51,077 bases of DNA from an uncultured Chthonomonadaceae bacterium (GTDB lineage Bacteria; Armatimonadota; Chthonomonadetes; Chthonomonadales; Chthonomonadaceae). Positions 40,661 to 51,077 of this stretch are shown piece after piece. The translations under genes and the position numbers were made by a program. The number at the start of each line of letters is the position of its first letter. The stretch's first letter is position 1. The stretch lies in contig CAWIEK010000059.1 in the NCBI GenBank assembly GCA_963835065.1, forward strand, positions 1-51,077, given 5' to 3'. The notes below the pieces were generated by a model. The model saw only the letters and a list, made by a program, of their open reading frames with translations. It searched no databases and had not been told where the DNA came from.

Positions 40661-41416
40661 TTAACTGCTTACTACTTCCTTAACCGTATTCCGCGCCTGG
40701 CAGTTACAGCAGCAACCACGCGCTTCCTTGCGCAAAAACTCCCAGCCTTCCGGGCTGTAGCACAGGCCGCAATGGGCGCATTGGAACAGCGTTCGGGTCG
40801 GGCTTAACGGCTGCCGGGTGACGGGACACACCAACTTGCCGGAAGCGCGTTTTGCCGAACCACTTTGCGACGGATTGAGGGGCACGGGCGCAGGCATTTG
40901 CAAATACGCCAACAATACGGCGACGACATGGGAGCAGGCCAAAGTTCGGGCAGGTTCCGGCAGGGGTTTGCGGTTGTTGGCATTGGCAGGAGCGGCAGGA
41001 GCGGAAGGGATGGAAGGGGCGGCGCGCTTGCGGCAGGTACACGACGCGGTGAGCGTACCGTCCTGAAACAAAATTTCCTGGTCGTCGTAGTGCCGTTCGC
41101 GCGTGGTTCCTGTCAGGCGCGCGCCGCGCGCGTGGACGCGCGTTACCTGTTTGCGCGTCAACAACTGCTGCCCCTGCGCGAAGATATGGGGGGCGCATTG
41201 CGTGGCGATCCAGGCGGGCGTCAGGTCGGCAAAGGCGCGCGGCATTCCGGGTTTCGCCTTCTGAAATGGATCGAGCGGGATGAACTCAATTTCCGGCACA
41301 TCCGTACTCGTATCGGCAGGGTCATACGCGGCCAGGTTCTGTTCGGCGCGCTGCCGAAAACGCCAGGCCGTAAACCGATCTTTTAATTCATCTACCAGTT
41401 CTCGTACTTCGCTCAC
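40661..41416 (-). CDS. SWIM zinc finger + C-terminal RING/U-box-like domain protein (candidate E3)
   Basis: SWIM motif SCTC...ACSHVVAVL. C-terminal CPVT-x12-CAHC-x7-GW-x9-CCCNC. First gene of the E1/Ubl/E2/JAB operon. Confidence 0.65.
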   Translation of the reverse strand: MSEVRELVDELKDRFTAWRFRQRAEQNLAAYDPADTSTDVPEIEFIPLDPFQKAKPGMPRAFADLTPAWIATQCAPHIFAQGQQLLTRKQVTRVHARGARLTGTTRERHYDDQEILFQDGTLTASCTCRKRAAPSIPSAPAAPANANNRKPLPEPARTLACSHVVAVLLAYLQMPAPVPLNPSQSGSAKRASGKLVCPVTRQPLSPTRTLFQCAHCGLCYSPEGWEFLRKEARGCCCNCQARNTVKEVVSS

Positions 41417-41550
41417 AATTTGCGCCTTCTAAATCTTCTTAAAGCATCTTCTTGAATCAGGCTGCTGCAAACGGCATTTGCGCGGCTGCGTATTAACTTG
41501 GTATCTTTGCCTGTATCTCTATTATAGGCTAGTTTTCGTTTTCTGACAAG

Positions 41551-42270
41551 GTGGGAGCCTTCCTATTATTTTGCAATGCAGCGGGCTACGCCAATCCTTA
41601 CCCTGCAAAGCGCCTGAACGACAATCATGGACAAGACGAATCTACAATCTTCAGCCGCAAAACAGGGATGCCGCCGGTAAAACTAGGCATAGCGCTCTTC
41701 GAAAACGGGCGTTATGAGGAATCGCTACATGTTTGGCAGGAGATGCTTGCGCTTGATATGGCGGATGGCTACGTGCATCTATGGAAGGGAGATACGCTGT
41801 TCCGGTTGCAGCGTTACGAGCAGGCATTGGAAGCCTATCGCGCGGCAGCAGAACACGACCCGCAAGATGTCTTTGCTGTCAACCGACAGGGGATGTGTTT
41901 CAGTGAGCTCAAACGTTGGGAAGAAGCTGTTATAGCTTATCGCCAAGCCTTTGATTTGAACCCACAGCATGAACAGGCGTATAAATGGCTGGTGAACATG
42001 GGCATTGCCCTTGATAACCTTGGACGCTATGCGGAAGCGGAAGCCGCCTACAAACAGGCGCTTTTGCTTTGCCCGGACGATGTGGACGCGAATATCGATC
42101 TGGGAGCGAGTTATGGCTGGCAAGGCCGCCGCGTAGAATCCATAGCCTGCTACAAAAAGGCTGTCAAACTTGATCCTGCCAATACCTTAGCCCGCAGCAA
42201 CTTACAAGGCGCGCGGCACAGACACCGCAGGAAGTACGTCAATACCCGGCGCGCTTCGTCAAACGAGTAG
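41551..42270 (+). CDS. TPR-repeat protein (start uncertain)
   Basis: Repeated G..L..L.RYE.A..AY..A....P TPR units. Confidence 0.85.
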   Translation: MGAFLLFCNAAGYANPYPAKRLNDNHGQDESTIFSRKTGMPPVKLGIALFENGRYEESLHVWQEMLALDMADGYVHLWKGDTLFRLQRYEQALEAYRAAAEHDPQDVFAVNRQGMCFSELKRWEEAVIAYRQAFDLNPQHEQAYKWLVNMGIALDNLGRYAEAEAAYKQALLLCPDDVDANIDLGASYGWQGRRVESIACYKKAVKLDPANTLARSNLQGARHRHRRKYVNTRRASSNE

Positions 42271-42375
42271 GGTTGTCGGTTTCGGCAGTCACAAACACGA
42301 AAAACAGAGGAATTTGTCTTGCGCGTCGGGAATACTACGGCGTCGGCAACTTCAACCACACAGGAGAAACTTCAG

Positions 42376-43224
42376 ATGAAACTTGCATTGCAAAAAACGG
42401 CGGTGGCCGGACTGCTGCTCGTGGTGGGCGCAGGCGTCGGAGCCGCGTTCGCCGGTCAGCAAAAAGACACGCTCGGCCATCAGGATACGCCCCTGCAGGC
42501 CAACGGCAAGTGGCACGTCCACGACGGACTGCGCCCGCAGCCACCGATTATTGATCCCGGCACGGCCAGTACACAAGATGCGCCCGGCAAGCCGCCGTCC
42601 GACGCCATTGTATTGTTCAACGGCACAGACCTGTCGCACTGGAAAGATTCGGGCGGCGGCGCGGCGGCGTGGAAGGTGGAAGACGGCCACATGGAAGTTG
42701 CGCCCAGAACCGGCGGCCTTGTGACCAAAGAGGATATTGGCGACTGCCAGTTTCACGTCGAGTGGAGCGCGCCCACCGAAGTAAAGGGTAACGGGCAGGG
42801 GCGCGGCAACAGCGGCGTTTTGTTCTTCAACGGCAAGTATGAGGTGCAGGTGCTGGACAGCTTCAACAACCCGACGTATCCCGACGGACAGGCGGCGGCG
42901 ATTTACGGCAGCTACCCGCCCATCGTCAACGCGATGCGCAAACCCGGCGAGTGGAACGTTTATGATATTCTGTTCACCGTGCCGCGCTTCGAGGGCGAGA
43001 AACTGGTCAAGCCGGGTTACTTTACGGTCATGCACAACGGCGTGGTGGTTCAAAACCATGTGGAACTGCTCGGCGAAACCACGCACATGAAACGCGCCGC
43101 CTACCACGCGCACCCGCCCGCCGGCCCCGTGATGCTGCAAAATCACGGCAACCCCGTCCGCTACCGCAACATCTGGTACCGCGAACTCAAAGACAACACG
43201 GAGCCGGGGGACAAGGCAATGTAG
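42376..43224 (+). CDS. DUF1080 / 3-keto-disaccharide hydrolase family exported protein
   Basis: Signal peptide. LFNGTDLSHW, GNSGV, YEVQVLDS, GEWN.YDI and LQNHG..VRYRNIW motifs. Confidence 0.88.
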   Translation: MKLALQKTAVAGLLLVVGAGVGAAFAGQQKDTLGHQDTPLQANGKWHVHDGLRPQPPIIDPGTASTQDAPGKPPSDAIVLFNGTDLSHWKDSGGGAAAWKVEDGHMEVAPRTGGLVTKEDIGDCQFHVEWSAPTEVKGNGQGRGNSGVLFFNGKYEVQVLDSFNNPTYPDGQAAAIYGSYPPIVNAMRKPGEWNVYDILFTVPRFEGEKLVKPGYFTVMHNGVVVQNHVELLGETTHMKRAAYHAHPPAGPVMLQNHGNPVRYRNIWYRELKDNTEPGDKAM

Positions 43225-43237
43225 AGTTTTAGGGTTT

Positions 43238-45411
43238 TTAGGTCAGTTGAAACGTGGGGGCGGCAGGCGCTTCGATGAGAGTGGGCATATCCGTGTTCCC
43301 TTCGCGCATGGTCGCGTAATTGTAAAGCTGGTGAATGATCTGCTTCACGCCATACCCGCTAGGCAGCAAAATGAAATGCTTGCCCTGCGCCCGCGTCCAT
43401 GCGCGGCCTTTTTCCGTCATGTCGTGGCTGGCAAAGTTTTTCACGACGATGAGAATGTCGGCGCGATTGATGTCGCCCTGAAACTTGCCGGCCCGGTCGC
43501 TCTTTTTGCTGTCCGGCCACTTTACTTCCACACAGGCAAGCTGCTGTTCCAGTTCCTCGCACACGCGCTGCCGGGGAACGCCGCCTAAAATCAGTATTTT
43601 CTGGCCTTCGGTGAACAGCGAAACGTACTGACGGTACGCTTCAATCTGGCTGTCGGCCGGCTCATTGTCCACGTCGTCGGGCGCGTCCTCCCCCGCCTCT
43701 TTATCGGGCGCGTCCAGACCCTTGCGCTTGCGCTCTGTGACAATAGCATCCAGAAACTTGCGGTACTTCGCCTGATTATCCAGCAGCATCGGCCCGATTT
43801 CCAGCAGCGCGCTGCGTACCTGCAAATGGGTTGGCGGCACACCCGCCGCGAGGCACTCGTCCAGCAGGCGGCTCAGTTCCGCCCGCTGCTTGTCCAGCGT
43901 GTACTTGGAAAGCGCCTGCGTTTTGCGCTCCGCGCTCCATTCCAGCACACCCGCGATGGCAGCCGCTTTACGCGCTTCCTTTGCCTTGCGCTCCGCATTG
44001 GCGATGTAAGCGCGCTGCGCGTTTTGCAGCAAGGTTGGAAGCTGCGCGGCGATGGCTTCCCGGTCGTGCCACGCCATATCAGGGTTCATGGCAGTAAGAT
44101 ACCCCTCCGTATCGGCTGCGGCGCGAAGATACAGATACATATCCGTTTGCAGCCGATCCTTGCTGTCGAACTCCTCCAAAACCCGAAACAAGCGCTGCTG
44201 TACGGCGGCAATGGCGTTGAGCAGCGTCCACCGCTGCCCGTCTTCCAGGGCTTCCTTGTGTTCCCCGTACCATTCAAACGCGCTTTGCGCTTCAGCAGTG
44301 GCGGCATACAAGCCCGCCAGTTCTTCCCAATCTTCGGGCGTTAGCTGCGCGGCCACATTGCTCCAAAAGGTCGGCTCGAACGGCAGGCAGGGCGTATTGT
44401 CCCCGGCGTAACCGCGCGCCAGTTCCATGCGCTCGCGGACGCGGACAATTGCGCCCCGCATTTCTTTGCCCACGCCCTGCTGATGCGCAAGGGCGTTCAG
44501 CCCGCCCAACTCGCAGGCCAGGGCGCGGGTTTGCAGGCAGCGCGGACGATCTAAGCCGCCTTCCGGTCGTCTCAAACTCTGGTTATCAATTTCGCGCCAG
44601 CGCGCGTCCAGGGCTTCCAGTTCAAGGGTAAGCGCGGCCACATACGCCTGGCGCTCTTCCTCAGAAAGCGGCAAGGGTTCCGGCACAGCAGCCGTTTCAA
44701 GAACCGTTTCAACGGGACGGTAACGGGAACCATTTTAGCAGCAGGGGCAGTATCGGGTTCAAGTTTGGCGTAAGGTTCTGCCGATAGCTCTGCCGCCGTG
44801 TTTGGGTCTTCCCTGCTAACAACATCTACGCGCTCGGCGTTCGTTCCCCCCGGTTTTGAAGGTGCCTGCGTCTGCTGCGAAAGAGGTTCGGGCGGCGCGT
44901 CCTGAATCACAGAGGAGACAATCACAGGGGAAACAGGCGGCGCAAATACCGGCGTTGGCTGCGAAGAAACAGGCTGCAAAGCAACTGGCGGAACAGGAAC
45001 AGGCAGGGGAGAAGAAATCGTTGGCGGCGAAGAACTTGTTTCCTGCAACGAACCGGGCTGAGAAACCGTCGTGTCCGTATCCGCCCGCCGGAAAGTGACC
45101 GCATCCGCCAAAGGAGCGCGGACGGCTACGACAGCGCGCTGCGTGTCTGTGAGCCGCAGCAGACGCTGCGTAAACTGTTCCAAAACCGCTTCCAATTCGG
45201 CAATAATCTCCGTATCCGCGTCTTGTTTCGCGGCCTCCAGTTCCACGTTGACAAGGGCTATCGCTTCCTGTAACCGTTCCCTCTCCTGCCGCGTAAACCG
45301 CCGCTGTTCCCGCCGTTGACGCAAATCCTGTAGGTACGTTTTCAGAGCGTCGTTGGACTCGAAGATACTGCTGTTGTTAGACGGGCAAGCAAGAGGTGGA
45401 TTCGATAGCAT
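43238..45411 (-). CDS. Large hypothetical protein with a C-terminal DUF2325-like domain (frameshift ~44714)
   Basis: Two ORFs join on adding one C (VPVETVLETAAVPEPL). C-terminal ILILGG...ADILIVVKNFASH pattern. Confidence 0.55.
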
Positions 45412-45538
45412 GATTTTCTCCTTTTCGCGTTACGATGGATAAGCGCAACGAAATAGATTTCTTTGCTGTAGGGCCTGCGGCCAAATGTCCGCCTGCGCGG
45501 ACACATCAGGACTGCGCGAACATTTAGCCAAAGTCGCA

Positions 45539-46532
45539 TTAGTGACGGGCGTAAAGCCACACATCTTGCCACGCGGATTCTGCATCGCCTGCGCGGTATT
45601 GCGCGGGCAGAACCGCCATGCGCTGAAAACCCGCGTCTTGCAGCGCCCTGATTTTCTGAGCGTCGTCGGCATCCGCATAGCAATGGGTTTTGCCGGCGGG
45701 AAGGGGCAGCGATTCCAGCAAGTTTATCAGGGATGGGGTGGCAACTGCCGGATGAGCAAACAAGTCCAGCAGCGAAATGCCCGGCCAGCGGTTATCGGGA
45801 ACGCAGGTGGCGAACGCGACTACCGCGCCCTGTTGGTTTTCCAGTACGCCTGCCCGCACATTCGCGCGCTTGCTGTCCGAAGCCATGAATTGACAGTAGG
45901 GGCCTTCCAGCAGGGCTGCGCCCCACACGTTCAGCGCCACATTGCGCAGAAAGGGCGGGGCAGGCAGGGCGGCAAGCAAGGCGACAAGCGGCCAATGTTT
46001 CCATCGCGCAGGGACAGGACAACAGGCATCGGACGCGAAAAAGCGGGTTTCAAATATGTCCTGCGGTTCCCGGTCATAGCGCATCAATCCTGGTCTGCCA
46101 CCCGGCCAATCGCAAAAGCCGTGACGGGCATAGATGTGGTAGGCCGCGACTTTGATACCCTGTGCCGAGAAGCAAAACCTGCCCGTTCCGTCTGCGAAAA
46201 TCCTCCATTTGATGCCACATGATGGCGTCGCAAATGCCCTTGCGCCGCTGTGTGTCGCGGGTATGCACATGGCCTAAAATGCCGATCCCGTTGGCTTCCA
46301 CCGTCATAATGTTGCCGACAATTTCGTCTTGCAGCAGGCCGACATAAAAGCGCGTTTCCAGATCATCACAGCCTCCGGCAAGCGCCGTTTCGATGTGTTC
46401 GCGGTAGTGGGGCGGCTTGTGCGCCAGAAAGGGGCGTATCTGCGCTTCCCGGCTCGTTTCAGGCGGCAGGACACACTCGATAGTCAACTGTTCGCCGGTT
46501 TTCAGCGTTTCCACTGCAAGCGTTGTTCGCAT
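45539..46532 (-). CDS. GNAT-family acetyltransferase (frameshift ~46148)
   Basis: GHVHTRDTQRRKGIC motif A, then LLLGTGYQS and AAYHIYARHGF in the shifted frame. Confidence 0.75.
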
Positions 46533-46720
46533 GTGCTTGGTCTCGGAAGATATTAGATACAAGGTACAAGATATTAGATATTAGTGGTCATGCGCTGTGT
46601 GGGCGTTAGCGCGTTAAGACAATTCGCTTAGGGACTTTGAACAAAAGTCGTATTCCGGTTGCAGACCGGGTGGCGGAACGCCCCTCCTGTGTGGCGTTCA
46701 CGACTCGATCTTATTCGCGT

Positions 46721-48158
46721 TCATTCGCGGCTAAATTCGGAGGACACATTCAGCATAGCGCGCGGCCAGGCGGGTTTGAGCGTCCAGCATTGGAGACGGG
46801 TTTGTTCCAGCAGGTTCGTCAGGTCCATGTTATCGGGATGAATCGGCCATTCGGGAATTACCCGCGCCACTTCTGCGGCAATCGCTTCTGCGGCGGCGGG
46901 ATAGGGCGTTACGGGAGAGCCGGAAATTGGCGCGATCACTCAGGAACGCTTCGGCAAGCGCGACAAAGTAGGTTCCCAGGCCAACTGCCTGCCCCGCCAC
47001 TTGCACTGAAGCGGGCAAGTACCCGGATTGCGCGGCTTGCAGAACGCTTCCTGCCGCCGCCTTTATTTCCCGCGCCTCCAGCAGTCCCACATCGGTGACG
47101 GGCGGCATCGTCAACGGCCCGGACACAGTGGGACGCGCATACCGTTCGCGGGGCGCGAGGACGGCGCGGCACAGCATCAGCAGGATTTCCCCGGCACTAA
47201 AGAAGTCGGTGAACAAGACCTGACGTTGCGCCGCAATGTTTTGCGCAATGGCTTCCAACTCGCTATGACTTGCCGTTGGGCGCTGCCCGTCGTAACGGGC
47301 AATCATCTCGCCCCACCCGATGATTTCCAATTGTCCGTTGCCGCGCAGGTATTCGCATAGCCGCCGTAAGTTCGCCTGCATGGTGGGTATCAGGGCGCGA
47401 TCATGCTGTAGCGCGGGCTTCCATTCCTTGCGGGGCGGGTTGGCTCCCTTTGCGAAATTCACGCCGTCCCAAAACTCCGTGCTGATCGCCCGCGTCGGAT
47501 GGCAGATAAAGAAATTCAGCCACTCGGCCCCGCGCCGCTCGGAAGCAACGTAATCCCGTAACTGGCGCTGAACCCGCTCCAAACGACCGGCAAAAATGGC
47601 ATCGTCATAAAAGGCGGTATCAAAGCCGCCGAAACCGCCGTCAAAGTAGAAGTTCAGGCAGCCGCCATACCAGCAGACGTTGTGGCCGGGCAGGCGCACC
47701 TGGCTGTAGGCATACGCGCTTCCCATGCGCCCCATCAGGCCGACGACGGACGGCGACCAACTGTTGCCCGTCCGCGCCCATCCGAGCAGAGGCCGGCCCA
47801 AAATGCGCTCCGTATCCGCCCATCCCTGACGGTCCCATGCCCATACCGCATCCATGCCCTGCGCGAAATCTTTGTCCAGGCAAATCTCCGTCGTTGTCGG
47901 ATGCGTGGAATGCCAGGTGGAATGAAACGCGAGATGGTGACTTTTCAGCGCTTCAATCACGTCCTGCCGTTCCCGTCGTTCCCACAACCGCGCGTTCTCG
48001 CCCACAATCATAAACGAGCCGGTCAGCCCGTACTCGCGCAGAATTTCGGCCATCCACAAAACCGCGTCATCGGCTTCCGGCGCAATCAAATCCTCCACAT
48101 CAAAGCACAGCGCCGTTGGTATGCGGCCCGCATCCGACGCAAACTTTTCTTCAGGCAT
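46721..48158 (-). CDS. Polysaccharide-deacetylase-like (NodB-type) protein (frameshift ~46935)
   Basis: LCFDVED, SFMIVG and HLAFHSTWH metal-binding pattern. The C-terminus continues in ORF 46721..46939. Confidence 0.6.
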
Positions 48159-48181
48159 GATGGCTTCCTTATACCTACTGA

Positions 48182-48931
48182 CTACTGACTACTTCCTGCT
48201 TTGAATATCGGTTCTTTCTTGCCCAATCGCAAAGGGCGCGGGTGGGTAATATGCGCTTCCAGCCAGGCGTTTTCGATGGCGAGGAATTCGCGCGTCTCGT
48301 AACGGGGCATGACCCCGCCATAATCGCGGCGGTCAGCGGGAACGCCGATTACGTCCATGCCGAGCGCGCGGGCGGTGTACAGGGCGCGGGGCAGATGGTA
48401 CGCTTGTGTCACCAGAATGGCCTGCTGCGCGCCAAAGATGTCGCGCGCGCGGTACAGGCTGTCGTAGGTGCGAAAACCGGCATAATCCAGCACAATATCG
48501 CGGCGTGGTACACCCATTTTCATGGCCGCCTGCCGCATGGCTTCCGGCTCGTTGTGTTCCACGCTGCCGTTGTCGCCGGTCAGCAGCAATTTGCGCACCT
48601 TCCCGGCTTTGTACAATTGCGCGGCGGTGAACACGCGATCATAAAGGATGGGTGACAGGCCGCTGCGCGTATACCCGGCTCCGAACACAATCGCAACCGG
48701 GCGGGCAGGAACGGCCTGTAAGTTGGCAATGATGGGGGCGCCACTAATTAACACATCCGCATAGATCAATCCCAGACAGAGCATGACTAACAGCGCGATG
48801 CCTCCCAACCGCAATCCCCACCGGCGAAAACGGCGCAGGCGTGGGGAAGCGGAAGGCTGCGTAACGCGGACTTGCGCTGATTCAGGCAGGGTGACAACAG
48901 CCACGAGACAACAACCTTCCAAAAGAAACAC
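48182..48931 (-). CDS. SanA/YdcF (DUF218) family membrane protein
   Basis: AIVFGAG, LLTGDNG, DYAGFRTYDS and VTQAYHLPRA motifs. Confidence 0.88.
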   Translation of the reverse strand: MFLLEGCCLVAVVTLPESAQVRVTQPSASPRLRRFRRWGLRLGGIALLVMLCLGLIYADVLISGAPIIANLQAVPARPVAIVFGAGYTRSGLSPILYDRVFTAAQLYKAGKVRKLLLTGDNGSVEHNEPEAMRQAAMKMGVPRRDIVLDYAGFRTYDSLYRARDIFGAQQAILVTQAYHLPRALYTARALGMDVIGVPADRRDYGGVMPRYETREFLAIENAWLEAHITHPRPLRLGKKEPIFKAGSSQ

Positions 48932-48990
48932 GCGCTAAGAAACAATTGATTCAGAAATGCTCGTTGAGAAACAGGCGGCAGCGTTCACGC

Positions 48991-49461
48991 TTACTTTCCC
49001 GCTTGTTTTCCCGTGTCGGAAGCGTTATCCCCATATAATTTACCGCCGATGCGAATCACGGCTTCGGGAATATCGCGAGGTCCTATACTACTCCCACCCC
49101 ATTCCTGCGGGCCACCCTGATTAGGATAGCGCTGCACAATATGGCCGCACACGGCGTCTAAGAGTTGGTAGACATTCTCTATGCTCATCTCCAGGTTATG
49201 ATGTACCACAAGATGCAGGTTCGCGCCGGCTGCGCCAATCACCTGCGGCGGCGACTGCGCGGCCATCAATGCTTCGGCGAATTCATCGTAAATCCGCTCT
49301 TTTTCCGCGTCTGTAAGCTGCGTAAGCAGGGGCCAGTCTTCCAGCACATACTCAATGTAGCAGGCATTGTATACCACATCGCCCATCGCAAAGAACGCTT
49401 CCTCGTCCTCCATCATTTCTCGAATAAAGTCTTCGTCCGATTCTTCATCGCGCGGTTCCAC
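48991..49461 (-). CDS. Acidic hypothetical protein
   Basis: AAGGGAG RBS before GTG 49461. Lies directly downstream of the HNH gene. Confidence 0.5.
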   Translation of the reverse strand: MEPRDEESDEDFIREMMEDEEAFFAMGDVVYNACYIEYVLEDWPLLTQLTDAEKERIYDEFAEALMAAQSPPQVIGAAGANLHLVVHHNLEMSIENVYQLLDAVCGHIVQRYPNQGGPQEWGGSSIGPRDIPEAVIRIGGKLYGDNASDTGKQAGK

Positions 49462-49501
49462 AGGGCTTCTCCCTTCACAGGTGGGTGTATTTTGCTGCGT
49501 A

Positions 49502-50311
49502 CTACCAATGCAGGGCTTCGGGCGCCTCCACAAACATCACCTGTAAATCAGGTATAAGCATATGCTGTCGCTTCATCTCCGCCCATATAGTAGGATGTTG
49601 TTCATTCTGGATGGCCTGAATAGGTTCATGCAAGCGTTCGGAAAACTCCGTCCTTTCACGCCAGCGAAGGTAGCGATGTAAATGCGAAAGATAACCTTGA
49701 TACGCTTGTTTCCGCGCCAATGGAAGGTACGGGCGAGCATTTAGCTGCAAAGCGTCTATGGTATACCTTGCCCGTTGGTAGTTCCTCGATGTCGGCGATC
49801 CAATCGGCAGGAAACGAAATGTATCCAGCAGATCAAGACGCATAAACTCCAGAGGATTTTCGTGTCTCGGATCAATCAGTACAACGTCGCCTGTTTCGGG
49901 ACGAACGATTGACGGTTGCCCAACACGCGCAACCGATATTATTTCTCCAGTGATGGCTGAAAAGACCGCGTATTTGTCACTTTTGCACCTGTTGCAGCCG
50001 CCACACGAGTATACATAGTTCTCCCAAAGAAAAACAGCCTCAGGATAGAGCGATTTGGGTTTGTGATGATCAATCTCAATGGCAGCGCTGTCTTCACAAT
50101 ATCCACAACGCTGCACACCCGAACACATGTCCGTGGGCGTTCTGCGCACGTCCCGAAATGTTGCGGAACTTACGCGATTACGCGCTGTAAACCTTCTGTC
50201 CGCTTGGATGACCTGTTGCGCATACTCAGGAATAGCGTCTATTTGTTGTTGGTAGCTTTGTAAACGCCGCGCTGTTGCTGCGGGAAGGGCGCGATCAGGT
50301 AACTGGCGCAA
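49502..50311 (-). CDS. HNH endonuclease (PtuB-like)
   Basis: CGYCE...IDHHKPK..YP....WEN...SCGGCN..K, followed by LIDP. Confidence 0.85.
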   Translation of the reverse strand: MRQLPDRALPAATARRLQSYQQQIDAIPEYAQQVIQADRRFTARNRVSSATFRDVRRTPTDMCSGVQRCGYCEDSAAIEIDHHKPKSLYPEAVFLWENYVYSCGGCNRCKSDKYAVFSAITGEIISVARVGQPSIVRPETGDVVLIDPRHENPLEFMRLDLLDTFRFLPIGSPTSRNYQRARYTIDALQLNARPYLPLARKQAYQGYLSHLHRYLRWRERTEFSERLHEPIQAIQNEQHPTIWAEMKRQHMLIPDLQVMFVEAPEALHW

Positions 50312-51077
50312 CTAGACGACTCCTGCCGTATCGGGTTTGATAATGTGCGAAGTTGTCGGCATCATGGCGCGCAGTTGCTCTTGTTCGCGTCGTTCTTCAT
50401 TGTTAAGCGTACCGTCCAATTCCTTAAAGTTTAATTCAGCTAGCCGGTCCAACTTCTGTTCACCTTCCTCGGAGCGTCCAACTTCGTTGCCGAATGCACC
50501 TGTGCTGTAAGCATCCAGAATATTGCCGTAAAGCAGTCGGTTTAGCTCCTCCCCGCAAATCATTTGCCCCTGTTCATCCGTTTCCGGCGTCGGCAACTTG
50601 AAAACCGTGCCATGTGTCGCGGCTTGACAGACGAGCGGGCTGTGTGTCGTGACAATGAATTGCATATTCGGAAAATGCTTACGAAACCACACGCCAATAC
50701 GTCTTTGCCATGTTGAGTGCAGGTGCGCGTCCACTTCGTCAATCAGCACCACGCCTGGCACGACAATCTTTGTCTGCCCGGCAGGATCAAAAACCCTGTC
50801 GGAGCCGTAGCAGGCGATCAACTGTCGTATCAAATCAAGCGTCATGCTTAACACCGAACGATACCCGTTGCTGAGTTCTTCGGCGGGAATGGGCAAGTCG
50901 TTGCCGTCCACAAATTCCACGCCTTTAGAAGAAACGCTTTTCAAGCACACGCCAAACGGCAGAAAATCATCCTGATTGACAAAGGCTTTCACCAAATCAA
51001 GCAATTTGCCTTCCGGTTCCTCTTCCAGTTGCTTGAAGCGCAGTTCGCGCAGCCACCTCAAACCTTCCGACAATCCA
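50312..51077 (-). CDS. ABC/AAA ATPase (PtuA-like), 5'-truncated by the window edge
   Basis: LSNGY signature, VLIDEVDAHLH Walker B/D-loop and FIVTTHSP H-loop. Abuts the HNH gene. Confidence 0.85.
   Translation of the reverse strand, partial: GLSEGLRWLRELRFKQLEEEPEGKLLDLVKAFVNQDDFLPFGVCLKSVSSKGVEFVDGNDLPIPAEELSNGYRSVLSMTLDLIRQLIACYGSDRVFDPAGQTKIVVPGVVLIDEVDAHLHSTWQRRIGVWFRKHFPNMQFIVTTHSPLVCQAATHGTVFKLPTPETDEQGQMICGEELNRLLYGNILDAYSTGAFGNEVGRSEEGEQKLDRLAELNFKELDGTLNNEERREQEQLRAMMPTTSHIIKPDTAGVV

Overview
This is a GC-rich bacterial chromosomal segment. A diderm flagellum, a PEP-CTERM protein and FliW-CsrA suggest an Armatimonadota-like host, which is inference only. The backbone genes are mfd, the flgF-G-A-H-I-J-N-K-L-fliW-csrA cluster, an IDH-family dehydrogenase, mdh, and DUF1080, GNAT and SanA-like genes. 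Accessory DNA includes VapBC and MazF-type toxin-antitoxin pairs, Uma2 and XisH/XisI relics, a secreted Ig-lipase, and a Septu-like ATPase/HNH pair at the right edge. It also includes an ~8.6 kb island bounded by a 35-bp imperfect direct repeat, carrying an ECF sigma factor, an IS1 element with an 8-bp target duplication, an anti-sigma-like protein, LemA and a CsgG-caspase fusion. The most notable locus is a tight five-gene operon at 37425-41416 (-) encoding a SWIM + RING/U-box-like candidate E3, an E1, a ubiquitin-like protein with a GG-plus-tail C-terminus, an E2 with an unusual NPH motif, and a JAMM peptidase. It is a candidate complete eukaryote/archaea-style ubiquitination pathway in a bacterium. 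The window also holds many 7-bp tandem-repeat elements, often as inverted pairs around conserved cores, that sit in-frame within proteins and supply start and stop codons. Many single-base frameshifts in conserved genes are probably sequencing or assembly indels.
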